Below are positions 35,801-49,283 of a stretch of DNA of 64,000 nucleotides, piece by piece. The notes beneath the pieces were generated by a model. It was given only the letters and a program-made list of their open reading frames with translations. It searched no databases and was not told the origin of the DNA. The position numbers were made by a program, and so were the translations under genes. The DNA comes from Yuukianura sp. NJ FZ-2021 (Eukaryota), in the NCBI GenBank assembly GCA_046563655.1, contig CM102286.1, positions 3,286,001 to 3,350,000 of the forward strand. Direction: 5' to 3'. Each line of letters begins with the position of its first letter. Positions within the stretch are counted from its first letter, which is position 1.

Positions 35801-38800
35801 TAACAGGATTCTAAAATTGACCCAATTTCTGTTTTCTATCAAACACTTTTAGTAACAGCATCGCAATCCACAAGGAATATCTCCTTAAAAATGGCAAAAA
35901 ATAACTTTAAAATAGCTTGAACGTTGTCAAATTTAGTTTATCGGAGTTTAAAAAAAAACTTGTATTTTTAGTTTTTTCCAAAAACGCGACACGCGTTGTA
36001 GTATTTTAGACTTTAAATTTAAAAAAGGAATTTCAAAAGGAAATCAAAATTTTCAATGTTTCTTCCGCATTTCAAAACCTTTGAAGCTGAAAATTTATGT
36101 TTTGGTATTGAGGTCGCTTTGGATTATTTTTGGACAAGGGAGGGAGCCCTTATAAATCCTCTTTTTCCATAAAATGAAGTTAAACTGCCCAGCAGCAAGC
36201 AACAAGAGAAGACGCAGAGAATATTTCATGAATTTTATTTTGGATGTCTAGAAACCACATTGTGCGCCTTAGTCATCCCTGTGTGTTGTCAAAAGGAGAA
36301 AACAAAAGGGGAAAGTCGCCTTTTTCTGCACAGTGTACTCCTTTTGTGTACAAAATTCAGTCTTTTCTGTTCACAAAGTCCCTATGTAGTTACTATTATT
36401 TCAACAAAACTGTCCACGTCCACTTGTGTTTTTTTTCTTATGGGACAAAAGACGGGAAATGTACCGAAAGGAAAGCAAAAAAGAAAGTCGCCGCACTTTC
36501 TCATCTGCTAAAACTTGGGTTTCGTTGAAATGGAAGCAAAAACTTCACGCCTCACAAATCTCTCTGACGAAGCCTTTTTTTGGGTTCCTATTGTTGACTT
36601 TTTGTATTTTTATTTTTTCCAGATCATATGTGCTTTCTTATGTCCAGTCAAATAAGGCAAATAGAAAGGCTTCCAATATTTTTAGAATGTTCGGATTTGT
36701 TTGCATTGTACCTGTTTTTGTTTGCTTTTCCAATATTTTTGACGCACCTTTTGTGTTTTCAAAAAATTGCTTATTGAACCACGCCTTTTCAATGTTTTTT
36801 CTCTTATAACAAGGTTTGTAACATTTCAAGGTTGGTGTTTGGAGAAAGTGGAGTATGAGCTGGAAATTTTTAATTTTCGGAAACATAAAATTGGAGATTT
36901 ATGTTCGTATTTTCACCAATAACTTTCTCCGTAGTTCCCATAATTTTTGTGGGTAAGTTCCTTTAGTTTGGCGGGAAGGGCGGAGGAGTGCCAAACAATC
37001 GTTTCAAGGTGAACGAACTTTCCAAACCAAAAAAAAAACGTTGAGCATTGCTACTGTAAAAGGAGGCTGAGCCCAAGTTTTTATCTGCGCGACTTCGTGT
37101 CTCCTTGTCCACATAAAAGAAAGTCCATATTGACCCAAATTGGGGCAAGTGAAGAAAGGAGAAAGTCCAGCAACAACCTCCAATCTTCCTTTGCTCGTGA
37201 ATCCCTACAATTCTATGGAGAATGTACGATGTGCATTATTACGTCTTCCAACAACCCTAATAAACTCTACTCAAAACAGTTGCACTTAAGTAGCGAAAGT
37301 GGAAATTGGTTGTAGTTTCAACTCAAGAAACTGATGCGTTTAATAGATTTGTTTAAGTTAAAAGAAAGGGTTTTTGTACGTCAACTAAATTGATTATTTT
37401 TTGTGAGTAGGTAAGGAAACCTCTGTCACTACACAAACAACTTATAGTGATTTTTTGTTTACCAATTAACAGGCCCAGTTCTAACGTTGATAATTATACC
37501 CTGTCGCTCGCTATTTTCTAACATCCAGCTTAGAAAAAAGTCATATAGTACTTAATTCCCACAAAAATTAGTATTTGCAACGTTAATAACTGTTTATGAC
37601 GTTACCATCAACAACCATCAAAAATCAAAACAAATGGAACTGGGCGGACAGACAGACGGACAGACAAATTGACTAAAGTGTCCGTCTCGAGATGTTATCA
37701 AGTGAAAAGAGTTCTTGGACTGTGAGACTTGTGTGTAAAGTTGAAAGCATTTTGGAAGTTCATGACGTCCTGTCTGGTGGTGACACTCTAAAAGACAACA
37801 TTCCAGATAAACCCCCTAACCACCACCCTCGTGTTCCTCTCCAGGAATTCGCGAGGTCATTTTATCCGTCTTCTCTTCCCCGAAAAAAGCAAGTTCTAAA
37901 AAGACTTTGTCCAAATTTCAATTTCATTTCTAAAACTCCTTTCCTTGGAAGTACTAACTTTTCAAAGGCATTTCTTCTTCGGAACAAGCCAAAGGACGTG
38001 ACATGTTCGTGCCGGAGAGAAGGACAGTGTCCAATAAAGTGGAGCAAAAGACTTCCTAGGCAGTAGGACGAAAAAAATAGAAAGAAGTTGAAGTAACAGA
38101 GGAATGTCGTAATGATTTAGTAAGTTGGAAAACAAAGTAAAGATTTTGTCGGTGTCCTCGTGTAGACTTTGGTTCTTCCTTGAGCAAAAAAAAAGTGGTG
38201 CGAAGCATGAATCTGGCGTGTGTCTCCGTTTTTACGCGGGTTGCCTCCTTACCCGGCTTGTCTAATCAAATGAAAGCTTTTTTCCAAGTGGCACCAACAT
38301 TTTCTCTCTCAGTTTGCACTACAGAGTTACAAACTCAAAACGAAGACGAAGAAGCGGGGAAAGGGCACAAAGTAGCGTTAGGTTAGGCAAAGACTTGATT
38401 TATGGCTCCACACCTTCACACTCCCAATCGCTTCCTTTCAGCCGGATTATTTTCTCCTTTATCTTCCCATCTTTGGGGAACTGGTTAAGCTCTCAACCCA
38501 ACGCTGGAATTGACTCTGCCGCTAGAAAATACTTGCGCGCTTGGGTTCAAAAATCTATTTGGAATGACACTGCTGCTGTGAAAGAGGAACCCGCCAAAGT
38601 TGAAATAAAGACGAAAATTAATCAGGATAAACAAAACCAATTCCATGCCATTCACATTACTCTACGACTTTCTCTGTTCAATTTTCCATCAATGAAGTTG
38701 GAACCATGAAGCTTCCTTTGGTTCTTCTTCTTCTAAGCCTCAGTAACTTTCAAACCCACGCTACTTTTTTTTTAGAAAAGCACATCCCAAGATTTATGTC

Positions 38801-41800
38801 TTCGTTTCAATTTTAATGAATTCCATTTTTCAAAAGCGCCGAAAAATAGCGATTTTTTTTCTTAAAAATATCCTATCGGCCAAAAAAAATTATCAAACGC
38901 GACGCCTTGATGCACAATTCACACATCGTAATAATGCAGTTTTGAGAATTCAAACTTCTAACTCATTTAAATTCAATAAAATTTAAAGTGATGTCAATTT
39001 CACGGTTTTGCTAAACACATAAGTTTAATTAAAGTTAAATTTACGCTGGGCTGAGACCTGCGGCTGATTCGGAGTTTTAAAAACCTAATAACCTCTGAAC
39101 CAGAAGTTTTGAAAGCAACTTTGGCATACTTTAGAACAGAAAGTTTCTCGTTTCTGAGAAGAGCCAAACACCCAATTAACACTCTAAACCCAAACAAAGT
39201 TTTCAGTTCATTAATCTAGCAAGAAGAAAATAGGAGGGCAGGGGGTCATCACTTTCACTGGCTCCAAACTAACTAAGCCGTACAAAGTTTTCAAAATTTT
39301 GAAACGCACAAGAGGAGGAATGTGACAGATTTGAGAGTTTGTCTTTGTCCCAGCGGGAAATTTGAAGATGGTGAAAGTGATATGAGCAGAAAGTTGTGGA
39401 CGACTTCAAAGCTAAAGCTTTAAGTAAAAACTATTCAAGTCCAACAGTAGAGTTCCGAAGAGCCTCATTATAGAAGATTAAGACGAATAAGGAGAGCGGG
39501 GGAATAAAAAGTTTTAAAGAGGGAAATCATTACTTGGGAAATAATTTAGAACTGTGGAGGAAGAAAGTGAAACTTTGTTCTTCCCAAAGTGAAAGTCCTT
39601 GTTAGCTTAAATTGAGACTTAAATTAGGATTGCCTAAAAGTCGGAATTTTGATGACTCTTCATCATCTCTCGTTTTCTTTGTATATTTTCCATCTTCCTA
39701 CGGTAATCCTGGGTGAAAGTGTCCTCCTGTAGGGAGTAGAGCACTTTCCCTTTGTCAATAAGAAAACCAACTTAGGATATCTAAACTCTTAGAGGCACTT
39801 CTGCTTCGACGGAGGAGCTAAAGACTCTCTCTCTTTTCTTCTAATTCAATATCTTAGCTCCCAGCTAAAAGATTCTGAAGCAAAGGAAGCCTTTCCAGGA
39901 ACAGACGAAGATCGTAGATCATAATGTCTTATTCTATTTGCCTTGGACCAGATGCGACACTCCTGTTCCCTAAGGTAGATTACGTTTAACCTAACCATGG
40001 CTCTAGGGACCGGGAGTTAGGCCAAGGACGCAACGGAACATGACAGCTACATACATCCGCAAACAAGGAACCAACTCTCATACCTTTAGTATCTCTGTAA
40101 ATAGCACATTCGGAACCGTTACTGTATGTCTTCGGACGGACTCCCATGAACCACTTGTTCCCGGACACAGTTTTATTCCGAGTTTTAGCCAGGTTTTTCT
40201 GGAAGATGCAAGAATTAAAAAAGTGCAAAAATTGCTTCTTGGAATTCGTCAAACCCGTTAGGCGTTTATCGTTCGGTACTTTAGATTTTTATAAAACGGT
40301 GATTTGTGGAGCGGTTTCTAAAAATCCGTCCATAAAAATTCTAGAAATCCACGGAAAAGTTGTCTTGGAGAGTGGCTGAGCCGTTGGGGGTCAAAGAACT
40401 CCAAAAAGCATCTTCTCAGCGGGAGATTGAGCAAGACGAAAAATCGTTGGATAAACAAGAACAAAGTTTACAAGATATCAATTTCCAGGTGAATCGTTTC
40501 AGTGTGTCATGTCAACCAATTTGCCAAAGTTGAAGTATCGTAGGGACAGAGGATGGTGCAGTAGAGTGGCAAAAATGAAATCAAAACATTCTTAGCATTT
40601 TTTAGAAAGCTGAACAAGATACTTCTGATTTTTTTTTTCGTTTTTTGGAAATGCGATATTGTATAACATTCTAAGGTAGACATTACTTACAGTATATGAG
40701 TGCACCAAATATTTCAAAACAAACAAACGCTAACGTAGCCCGAAAGCGTAAATTTTCTGTATACCTTTTTTAATTAAAAATTCAGCTTTTTAACGCGTAG
40801 TTATCACATTTCTAGGAAACTTTAAGGCTTAAAAACAACAAAAACTGATACAATTTTCAACAAAAGCGGGATTATATTTGTGTAAAATGCGAACTTTCAG
40901 GTTTTGTTGCCAGAGTTTCATCCGTTTTGCCAGATAATTTGTAGAAGGCTAAAAAAACATAAGCTTTTGGTGCTGTTTTTGCGAAAGCAGTTAGAAACCT
41001 GTGTCATTCTCGTTAAAATTTAAACTGAAAACGAGCGTTCTAGATTAGTAAATTGAAGTACAGCAGCTGCTACCTGTCAAACGTCGTTTGCAACCTTTGG
41101 TAGAAACAGCAACCTCTGAACACTGCTAAGTTTTAACAATGGTAAGGTGAGTAAAAGTGGATGATGGAAAAAAGAGCTGGAAGAAAACGAAGGATAATTT
41201 TGAAAAGAAGGGGAAAGTCCGTGGGGAAATTTCGCCAAAAACCAAATTCAGAGAAGATGCAGAATTACTAATGCTAGAATGGTCGAACCTTTGGCTAACG
41301 TTGTTGCCTGTTCTGCTGTTGGTCTCAATACCAAGGGAACCAAATTCTAGGAGACAACAAACCCACTTTAGGCATTTCCTTTTAAAATACCACAGTAGGC
41401 CCAAATGTAACGTAAAGCATAATTTCACTTCTTCACTGAGGTAATGGAACAGAGCAGAGATGAGATCTAACTCAAAATTTTACTGGTCTCCCTCTAAAGC
41501 TGCTTTTACATTATGAAATTTATTTTCAGAAACTTTGCAACTCTTTTTGGACTAAAAAGTTAGACAAAAACTTCTTCAAGACGAAAAAAATCAGCTGAAA
41601 CAATAGACAACTTCGCAGATTTTGCAGCGACCGTCAGTGGTAGAATATTTCAAAAACACAATTTAAAATATTTAAGATGCTAAAGTTCATAAGCTTCTCG
41701 TTTTTCACTTCTGACTGTTCTGGACTAATACGCAAAAAATTACGGAGGTATTGGAATTCTGTCACTTATATTACGCTAGTTTTAAATTTGTAGATTTTGC

Positions 41801-44800
41801 CGCTTAATGTATGTTGCCTGATATTACGCGTAACGCGCTGCGTTTGGAATTTTGAATTTTGCGCGTGGATAGTGTAAAACTAGCCTTACTGAAGTACAAA
41901 AGAACCTCAGTCCAATTTTCCAGACTACTTTGCATTTGGGAAGGCACTGCTCACATTAATTTCTTTGTTTACTTCCATCTGGTGAAAGTAACTTTCACTT
42001 TGCCTTTTCATGCACCACGACGCTTCCTCTTCTAGTTAACCGCTGCTAGAAAGCTCTTAAAATTCTTTTGAATTGGAACCATGTAGAAACATCGATATGC
42101 TTCACGAGGCTCTCTTCGTTGTCGAAGTCATTGCTTTCTAAATTTCCCTCTCTAAAGTCCAAATAGTTTCTTAATGTGCTAGGCACGATCCCCATAATTC
42201 CTCTTTTACCCTGAAATCAGAGAGCATCAGAACCGAATTGAGCTTCCTGCCTTTCCGCCCCTTTCAACTAAATCTCGATTCCGAAACTTCCTTCTCCATT
42301 TTTCCTCGTTTTATTTTAGTTCGATTTCCATTGCAACTGACACAGATTTTAACTTTGCACGATCTTCCGCATTCGGACGTTATGAGGAAGATGTGAGGAA
42401 CATACTAAAAAGATAGGCTACAAGTAGGCCAAGTAATGAACATTACTAAACAACTTTGAATTCAAAGAATCTTTCCTTTCCTTAGCACATCTCCAACGGA
42501 AGTTGGCTTCGACTCTATCATTTTGGAACCAAAACTTGTTCAAAGTGTAGCGCCAGAATTTAAAACAAGAATGCTTTTAGGAAACTTAACGCACAAAATT
42601 CTAAAACAGAGTGTTTCTACACTGTGCAACCTCTGTTCAAACTTTTTTGTAAACTTTCGACAAACTTTAATTTTCTTCTGTTCAAAATGTCACAAGAGTC
42701 CTTTAACAATTTAAAATTTCCAAACCGTGTGGTTGGCAATTCAAAGGAATTGTGAGAAATGTGCTGTTCTTCACAAAAGTGAATTTTTCTTCCACTGGAA
42801 TGCTGAATTTGACTTGCAAACTAACACGGAAGGAGCGAAGAGAGTCTCTTCCAAATACACTTTTGTCTTCTAAAAGCCTTTTTGCTTACAAGAGCTAAAA
42901 ACAGTTTACAAAGAATTTTGAAAACGGAGGCACAAAATATTCTAAGATATTCTGAAAACAAAAATTTCCTTTTAACCAGAAAAGAAAAAAAAACTTGCTT
43001 ACCTTGTTTTTTTTTGTGACTGAAGTTGTTTTTTGACCGCGCAAATTGGAAAACGGGCTGAAAGCTATATAACTCTTCTAGCTGTAGCTTTTTTTTAAAA
43101 AACGTTTTTAGAAACACTAAATTTTCTTTTGAAATGGTGCCGGAGCAAGTACAAAGTCAAAGGCTGCTTTTAAGTTTCCTTTCCAGCGGTAATTGCGAGA
43201 AAAATTGGAGAAATCAAAATTTACTTTCACCAATTTTAAAGTTTGTTCGTTCCTCTTTTCCTTTGCTGTGAGTTCTCACTCTAATGTTAACTTTTCAGTA
43301 TTTTTCGGAAGTGGGACTCATTAGCTGTTGGTTGCAGAAGGAAGTGGCAAGAAAAGATTTGTTGACACAATAAACTCTTGATGGAGAAACTTTCTTTTAA
43401 TTATTTTCAACTTGTTCTGAACAAAGCAAAAACGAAGTTTTGAACAGGGTTATGAAGTCCTTGGTTCGTGAAATCAGAGATGAAACAAAGCAAAATTCTT
43501 TAGCAGTACTTGTTTGGACAAACTCTCCCTCCTGGTCTTTCCCTTCTTCAAAAGTAATGATTTTCGGGGCGGGTGTTTTCAAAAATTGATGAAGAAGTTT
43601 GCAGCAACTGGAGAAAGTTAGAAGGAGTTTACTGGGACAAAAGAAGAAGCTGCGGGAGTATTTGAACTGACTGAAACAAAACCCTGGAAATTTTATTACA
43701 CCTTGAAGATGGATCACTTCCACGGTGGAGAAAACAACTTGTTTTCGGTAGCAGAGCTCCTAAACCCAACGACTTTCCACTTTCTCTCTCAATTCAACAC
43801 TGCCGAGAGACCCGGGAGACACATTTTCAGCTAAAGCTTGTAGAATTCGTGTTTCGGCCGTGGGAGGAAGAAAGATGCGTTTGAGGCAGGCTACAAGGCG
43901 CTGAAACTCGTTCAAAACTTGTGGATATGTAAAAGGTCTAACATTCCGTTCATTTTGAACATAGTATTACGTTTAGTAAGAAACGTTTTTAAAAATGTAG
44001 AAATTAGAAAAACTGAAAAAAATATGTTATTTAGCCTTCATTTTCGCTTCAGCTTTTCATTGCATGTTTCACTTTGCAAAAGTTTGGAACAGCGATAACG
44101 TTTTTGTAAAAACTTGTCTGAAATGTCCACTCCGCCTTTTTGATTTTAGATAGATGGACTAGTTAAGTATTTATGATTTCGACAAGAAATTTTCGCAGTT
44201 TTGACAAGAAATCCATTGAATGAGCCCATTTGACTTGCTAAGTGGAAAAGTGGACAACAAAAGTCAAAATGCTTAACTTATTTTGAGACGTACGGAACAC
44301 TAGCTCAAAACACGCCCAATACAAAAGGTAAAATAGAAAACTACAATTTTTTTTGAAAACTACATGTTGCAAAATTTGTTTCCGCAGCAAATAGGATGCT
44401 CCGATACAATTATAATCCTTGGGCTTACGTTTTCCACGTTGCTTTATGTTATGGTTAAAACTCGCTTTTAATTAGAAACGCGCCGGAGGATTTGATTGGC
44501 TTGAAGTCGAGAGTCTGATTGAAATTGGTGGCTGAAATGTGATATCCGATCACCCAACAGGAGCAATGCCATCCAGCATAGATTCTGTACAGATTCGTCA
44601 GGCAATGAGGAAAAGCGGATTAGTTCTGACACTTACGAGAGCGCTTAGGTTGACCACGAAATGAAATGAGGTAGACAATACATAGAAGATAGAAGTGAAC
44701 GCTGGAAACGCTGCAATTTCCAGTGTAAAGAACACAGTTTGAGGGGGTAACGACATCAGGGTTCTAACATGTTCGAATGTGCTGTCACTGGGAGAAGTGG

Positions 44801-47800
44801 TAGAGAAATGCACTAATCCCCAGCCGAAAGGGATTTGAATTTGGGCGGGAAAGTGTTGACGCAGCATTAACTAAACATTAGCTAAAAGCAAAAAATGCAT
44901 AGAAATTAAATTTGAAGTTAGAGTTACTATATGTATATGTGATTTTGCGTCACTAGAATACGCACACTTTCAATTGATTTCAATATTTCCAAAATTCCAA
45001 ACAACTTTCTTAGTTCTGAAGCCTATAGTTTATGGTAAATGGTGTTCAGTGAATCTATTTTAATCAATAAAACTAACAGAATGAATTACCGCTCTATAAC
45101 TATAACAAAAAAGTGCTGAAAAAACGACTAATTGTAAGCTTGACATTTTCCAGGAGGATTCTCCGTTTGAATAACATCGAACCGACTAATACTATAGTAT
45201 TTATAAAGAATAAATATAACAAATTTTGCCAAAATGCAAAAGAAATTATTTTCAGCTAACCGCTCATTCCATGAAGTTAAATTACTCAAAATTTTAAGTT
45301 AGCGGACATTTCTTTGTTCGAACAGACTAGGTATGCAATTATTTTGGCGAAACTCTTTTTTTTTGATTGAATGTTCCATTTTTATTATAGGGTGCCTAGG
45401 AATTTTAAGGAACTCGAAAAATGGACATTGGAAATCTCCAATAATCCAAAAATTACTCAAAGTATGATTTTTAGCCTGTTTATTTCTTCAACACTTAAAA
45501 ACTTAACCTAAAATTGTATTGAAAATTTTTCTTTGTGAAGGATTCTTTCACAACTTAGAAATAGCATTTCTGCGATAAGAAAATGAAAGGCATTGAAAAG
45601 TGAAAGAAAGAAGAGTTTGGTCGACTCACAATTTCACAAATGAAGAAGGTAACTATATATAGCAGAATTGCCAAAATTTCCAATTTGAATTACCGTTCTC
45701 GACCAATTTTTTTTTTCGAAAATGGAGTTTGAGAGGACGTAGGCTGCTGTAGTAGAAAGTAAGAGATGAAGCCATAATTCCATATCCTCCCTACTCAGCT
45801 AAAACTTCTATTAGAGAAAGTGAACTCAAAGATTAAAGAGATATGGGACATAACTTTGTTACAAACAGACGAAGGAAGTAACTAGAACAGAAATCGCTCC
45901 ACTGCCGCCTACAACTCTACTTTCATGGGGATACTTTCGGCAGTACTGAAAATAAAGTTATAGCCATCGCACGAAAATTGAACAATTCTAAAACGTTGCA
46001 CTTTCACATCAAGGTCAACGTAATTTGAAAATTTAGAAGAAAAAAAACGGACCTTCGCCAAGTGAAACAAATTGCCGTGGTTTGAAAATTCAAAAACGTC
46101 AATGGACTTTTAAAACATTCCTAATTCAAAATTTTACAAAACTTTAGTTATTTTAGGTTATTACAAGCACACGTTGGAGCTATATCTTTTCATAGAATTG
46201 AAAAAAATCACCAAAATTGACTTATTGTTATAGTATGATAATGTAGTATAGTTAATCATCTGTTTTATCTATTTTATCGCTTGACTATAGGTTATATTGG
46301 TTCTTTATACTTTAAACAAGCTGGAGCAATGTAATTTGATAGGTTATGAAACAGTTTTGGATGATACTTTAATTGGTGAGTAAATTTTATATAAATTCAA
46401 GCTTATTTTCCAATTGAGAAAGTAAACACTCTTTAAATATTTAAGAGTCGGGATTGTTCAAAATTAGCTAAGGTTATGTTTCAAATATTCGAAAAAATAA
46501 ATACATTTGAAATGGCTTATGACGATCTAATTCTACAAGGAGCAAAAAGAAAAAGCCAAGTTTTTTGAAAATAACACTCAACCACAAGTCTCTTCTTCGC
46601 TTTGATTTTTCTCCGCCTTTGAACTTTAATGAGCTTAAGATTTTGTTCTCTATCAAAGTTTATTAGTTAAGCTCTATACAAAACCAACAAGAACAAAATG
46701 AAAGGGAAACTTGCAAAAAATATAGAAAAAGATGAAAAGGAAGTCAGTAGTATTGCTTCGAGGTTTAAGGTTGCCATTTCCCTTGGAGATATTAAATTAA
46801 TCCACTAAATTGCCAACTTCTGCAGCTTTCTCCTTTCACTTCACTTTCTCCACCATGATTACAAACCCTGATTATGAAGTTTCCACTAGTAAGTTCGTTT
46901 TTTTTAATTGAGACCTGCATTGAATATAATTCAAATTTGGCAGTGAAAATTACAAGAATGAAAACAAATAAGAAGTCACGTGAAGCTGCAGAAGAACTAC
47001 CTGTTTCATTTGTATTTTTTATATATACCGTCTATAAACTTTGTATGACGCGTCGATTTCAAATTTCAAGACACGTACTACATTATTTCCAATTCTTCAA
47101 CGCAGCTTTTACTTTACTTTTAGTCAACCGTCGACTTTGACTGAAAAGCTGATGCTCGCCTCGCATGACTGACGTGAGATTAGTGTCAGTAGAGCAGGAA
47201 ATTCCAGCGACGAGGTTACACAAATTTGCAAGAATTGGTGGATTTACTTTCTCGTTTTTACAATCTACCGTTTGCGGGTTAGAGAGAAAGCAATTTAGAA
47301 ACAAAAAGACAAGAGGAAATTTAGACTGAAATGACATAAAAAACGGAGAGGACTGAAACGATATCCATTTAGACTATGCTCAAGCCTTAACATTTTGTAC
47401 TGTATGCAAACCCTAAACTGCCCAGTAACACTGGAGCTCAGGGACTGGTGAGCTTCATTTAATACTAGGAAAATCTCCAAAAAGTTCCAACTTTTTGTAC
47501 CCCCAGTGGAGACATTAGTTCCAGGGAAAAGTTACTTCCACCAACTCCAATTCCCGTCCACTGAAATAATGAGTAATAATTTTTAGGGAATCGGAATAAC
47601 TCTAAGCAGGATAAAAGTGGTAGTGAGACCAATGACTTTGAAAGTACACAGTTTAGTAAGGATTTGCATGAAATGATGGTCACTTTGAAGTGGAAAGCAT
47701 CAACTCGCAGATACCAAACTTTCATTTCTGTTTACAAATAGCACATAAAATGAAGAGCAAAACAAATGAATTCACAAATTTAAAACTGCCGCAGTGATAG

Positions 47801-49008
47801 AAAAAAAGCCAACGTAAGGAAAGTAAACAAAGAGTTCTGCTTTCTAAATTACAGTAAAGAAATTTTAGGACAAAAATTTATCTATATAAATTGAGAAATA
47901 AAAAAAAAGTTTTTTATGAGTAATTTTAAAGGAAGCCAATTTTTTAGCGTGTTTTGAACTTTGCAATGGTGAGGGCGGATGAAAACGAGAAAGTGTGACT
48001 ACAGATAAATATGAAAGTAGAGAATTATTTTGATTGGACAGCGGGAAATTAAATTAGGCTTGATTTGACTCTCTTGTTCTAATCTACTACGTTTTCAACT
48101 TTAGAATTTTGGAAAGATCCGGCTTATTACAGAAGATTACTGTTGGAATTTTAGAAATTTACGGGATTTTCAAAAAGTGGAAATAATTGTAACCGTGAAA
48201 GTGTTTCTTCAAACTTTCTTTTCACTCCAATTTCAAAAGAGAAAGTCAAGCCAAATTAGAGTATGAATTAATTACTACTATGAAGCAGAAGGAAGCTATG
48301 AATAGAGAGTGACATTAGAATGTCATACCTACAACTTTCTTAGGTCACGCAGTTTTCAACTCCTGTGAAACGGAGATCGTTATTATTTTCGCACTGTCCA
48401 CAAAAGTTTCAAAATATTGTTCAAAAATAATTCTAAAAGTTATGAAGTTTGACAAATCTTACTATTTTAAACCTCATTGTCTTTCTCGTTTTCTCAATTT
48501 CGACATAATTTGAAAAAAAATCCTCAGTATAACGGAGTTTCTTTCTGTTTCAAAATTGCCAAATTTTTTCAAATTGGATTTTAATTAGCTCTGACACGAC
48601 TGTTTTCCGTAAATCACTGCAAAACGTCTTCAAGCACTTCCGTAATAGATTTTAAGCAACTAAATTGTTTTTAACATTTTTTCGCAAAACTCACGAAATC
48701 ATTTACATTAAAAAAACTCTTTTTAAAAGCAACATGTAAACTGCAATAGGGTTTAAGTGTTTGCGAGCGTGGAAACATGATAAAGTACCATGGAACAAAA
48801 AATTTCCAGGAATTTCGTCTTTGTCCGCAAATCAGGATTAATAAAAACTGGTTTATGTTAAAAAATGCTTTTTCTAATAGTAACCTAAACGTGTATTATT
48901 GCAAAAGATGACACTAAAAGGCCTTCACATAATTGTTGGCTGACTAGTTGAACAACTTCGTAACCTTGAAAATAAAGAAGACGATCCCAATGTGTTAGAT
49001 CCACTTAC

Positions 49009-49086
49009 CTACACTAGTACTGCGACAGTGAACGTGTAGTCCTTGATCCTGCCAGAATCAGCAAAGTTGACCAGTAGACTAACTAA
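49009..49086 (-). promoter_or_regulatory. Candidate non-coding first exon/TSS on the minus strand (possibly the dpr12-like 5' UTR)
   Basis: Consensus AG|GTAAGT donor at 49009/49008; TTAGT initiator-like motifs near 49078-49086; stops in all three frames. Confidence 0.25.
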
Positions 49087-49283
49087 TTACAAACTAATGA
49101 GAATTATTGCTGATTTCCAAATACAATTTTAAACAACTTAAGGCAAAGAATAGCGTCAAAAACTAATTACCGTCGAAAGTGAATTCAACATGGACACGGT
49201 AGCACAATAATTTGATTGGTGCCAGTTTACTCTCATCCATTTTTGTCACTTTGAACTTGCCTTTTAAGCCTGAAACTCTGAAA

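Noticed and set aside
37640..37670. Short GGACAGACAGACGGACAGACA microsatellite
   Set aside because: Probably a remnant of a DINE-like element, but too short to delimit.
41157..41444. Plus-strand ORF with signal-peptide-like MLEWSNLWLTLLPVLLLVS and a possible donor
   Set aside because: No downstream partner exon was identified, and the channel gene has its own signal exon at 49284.
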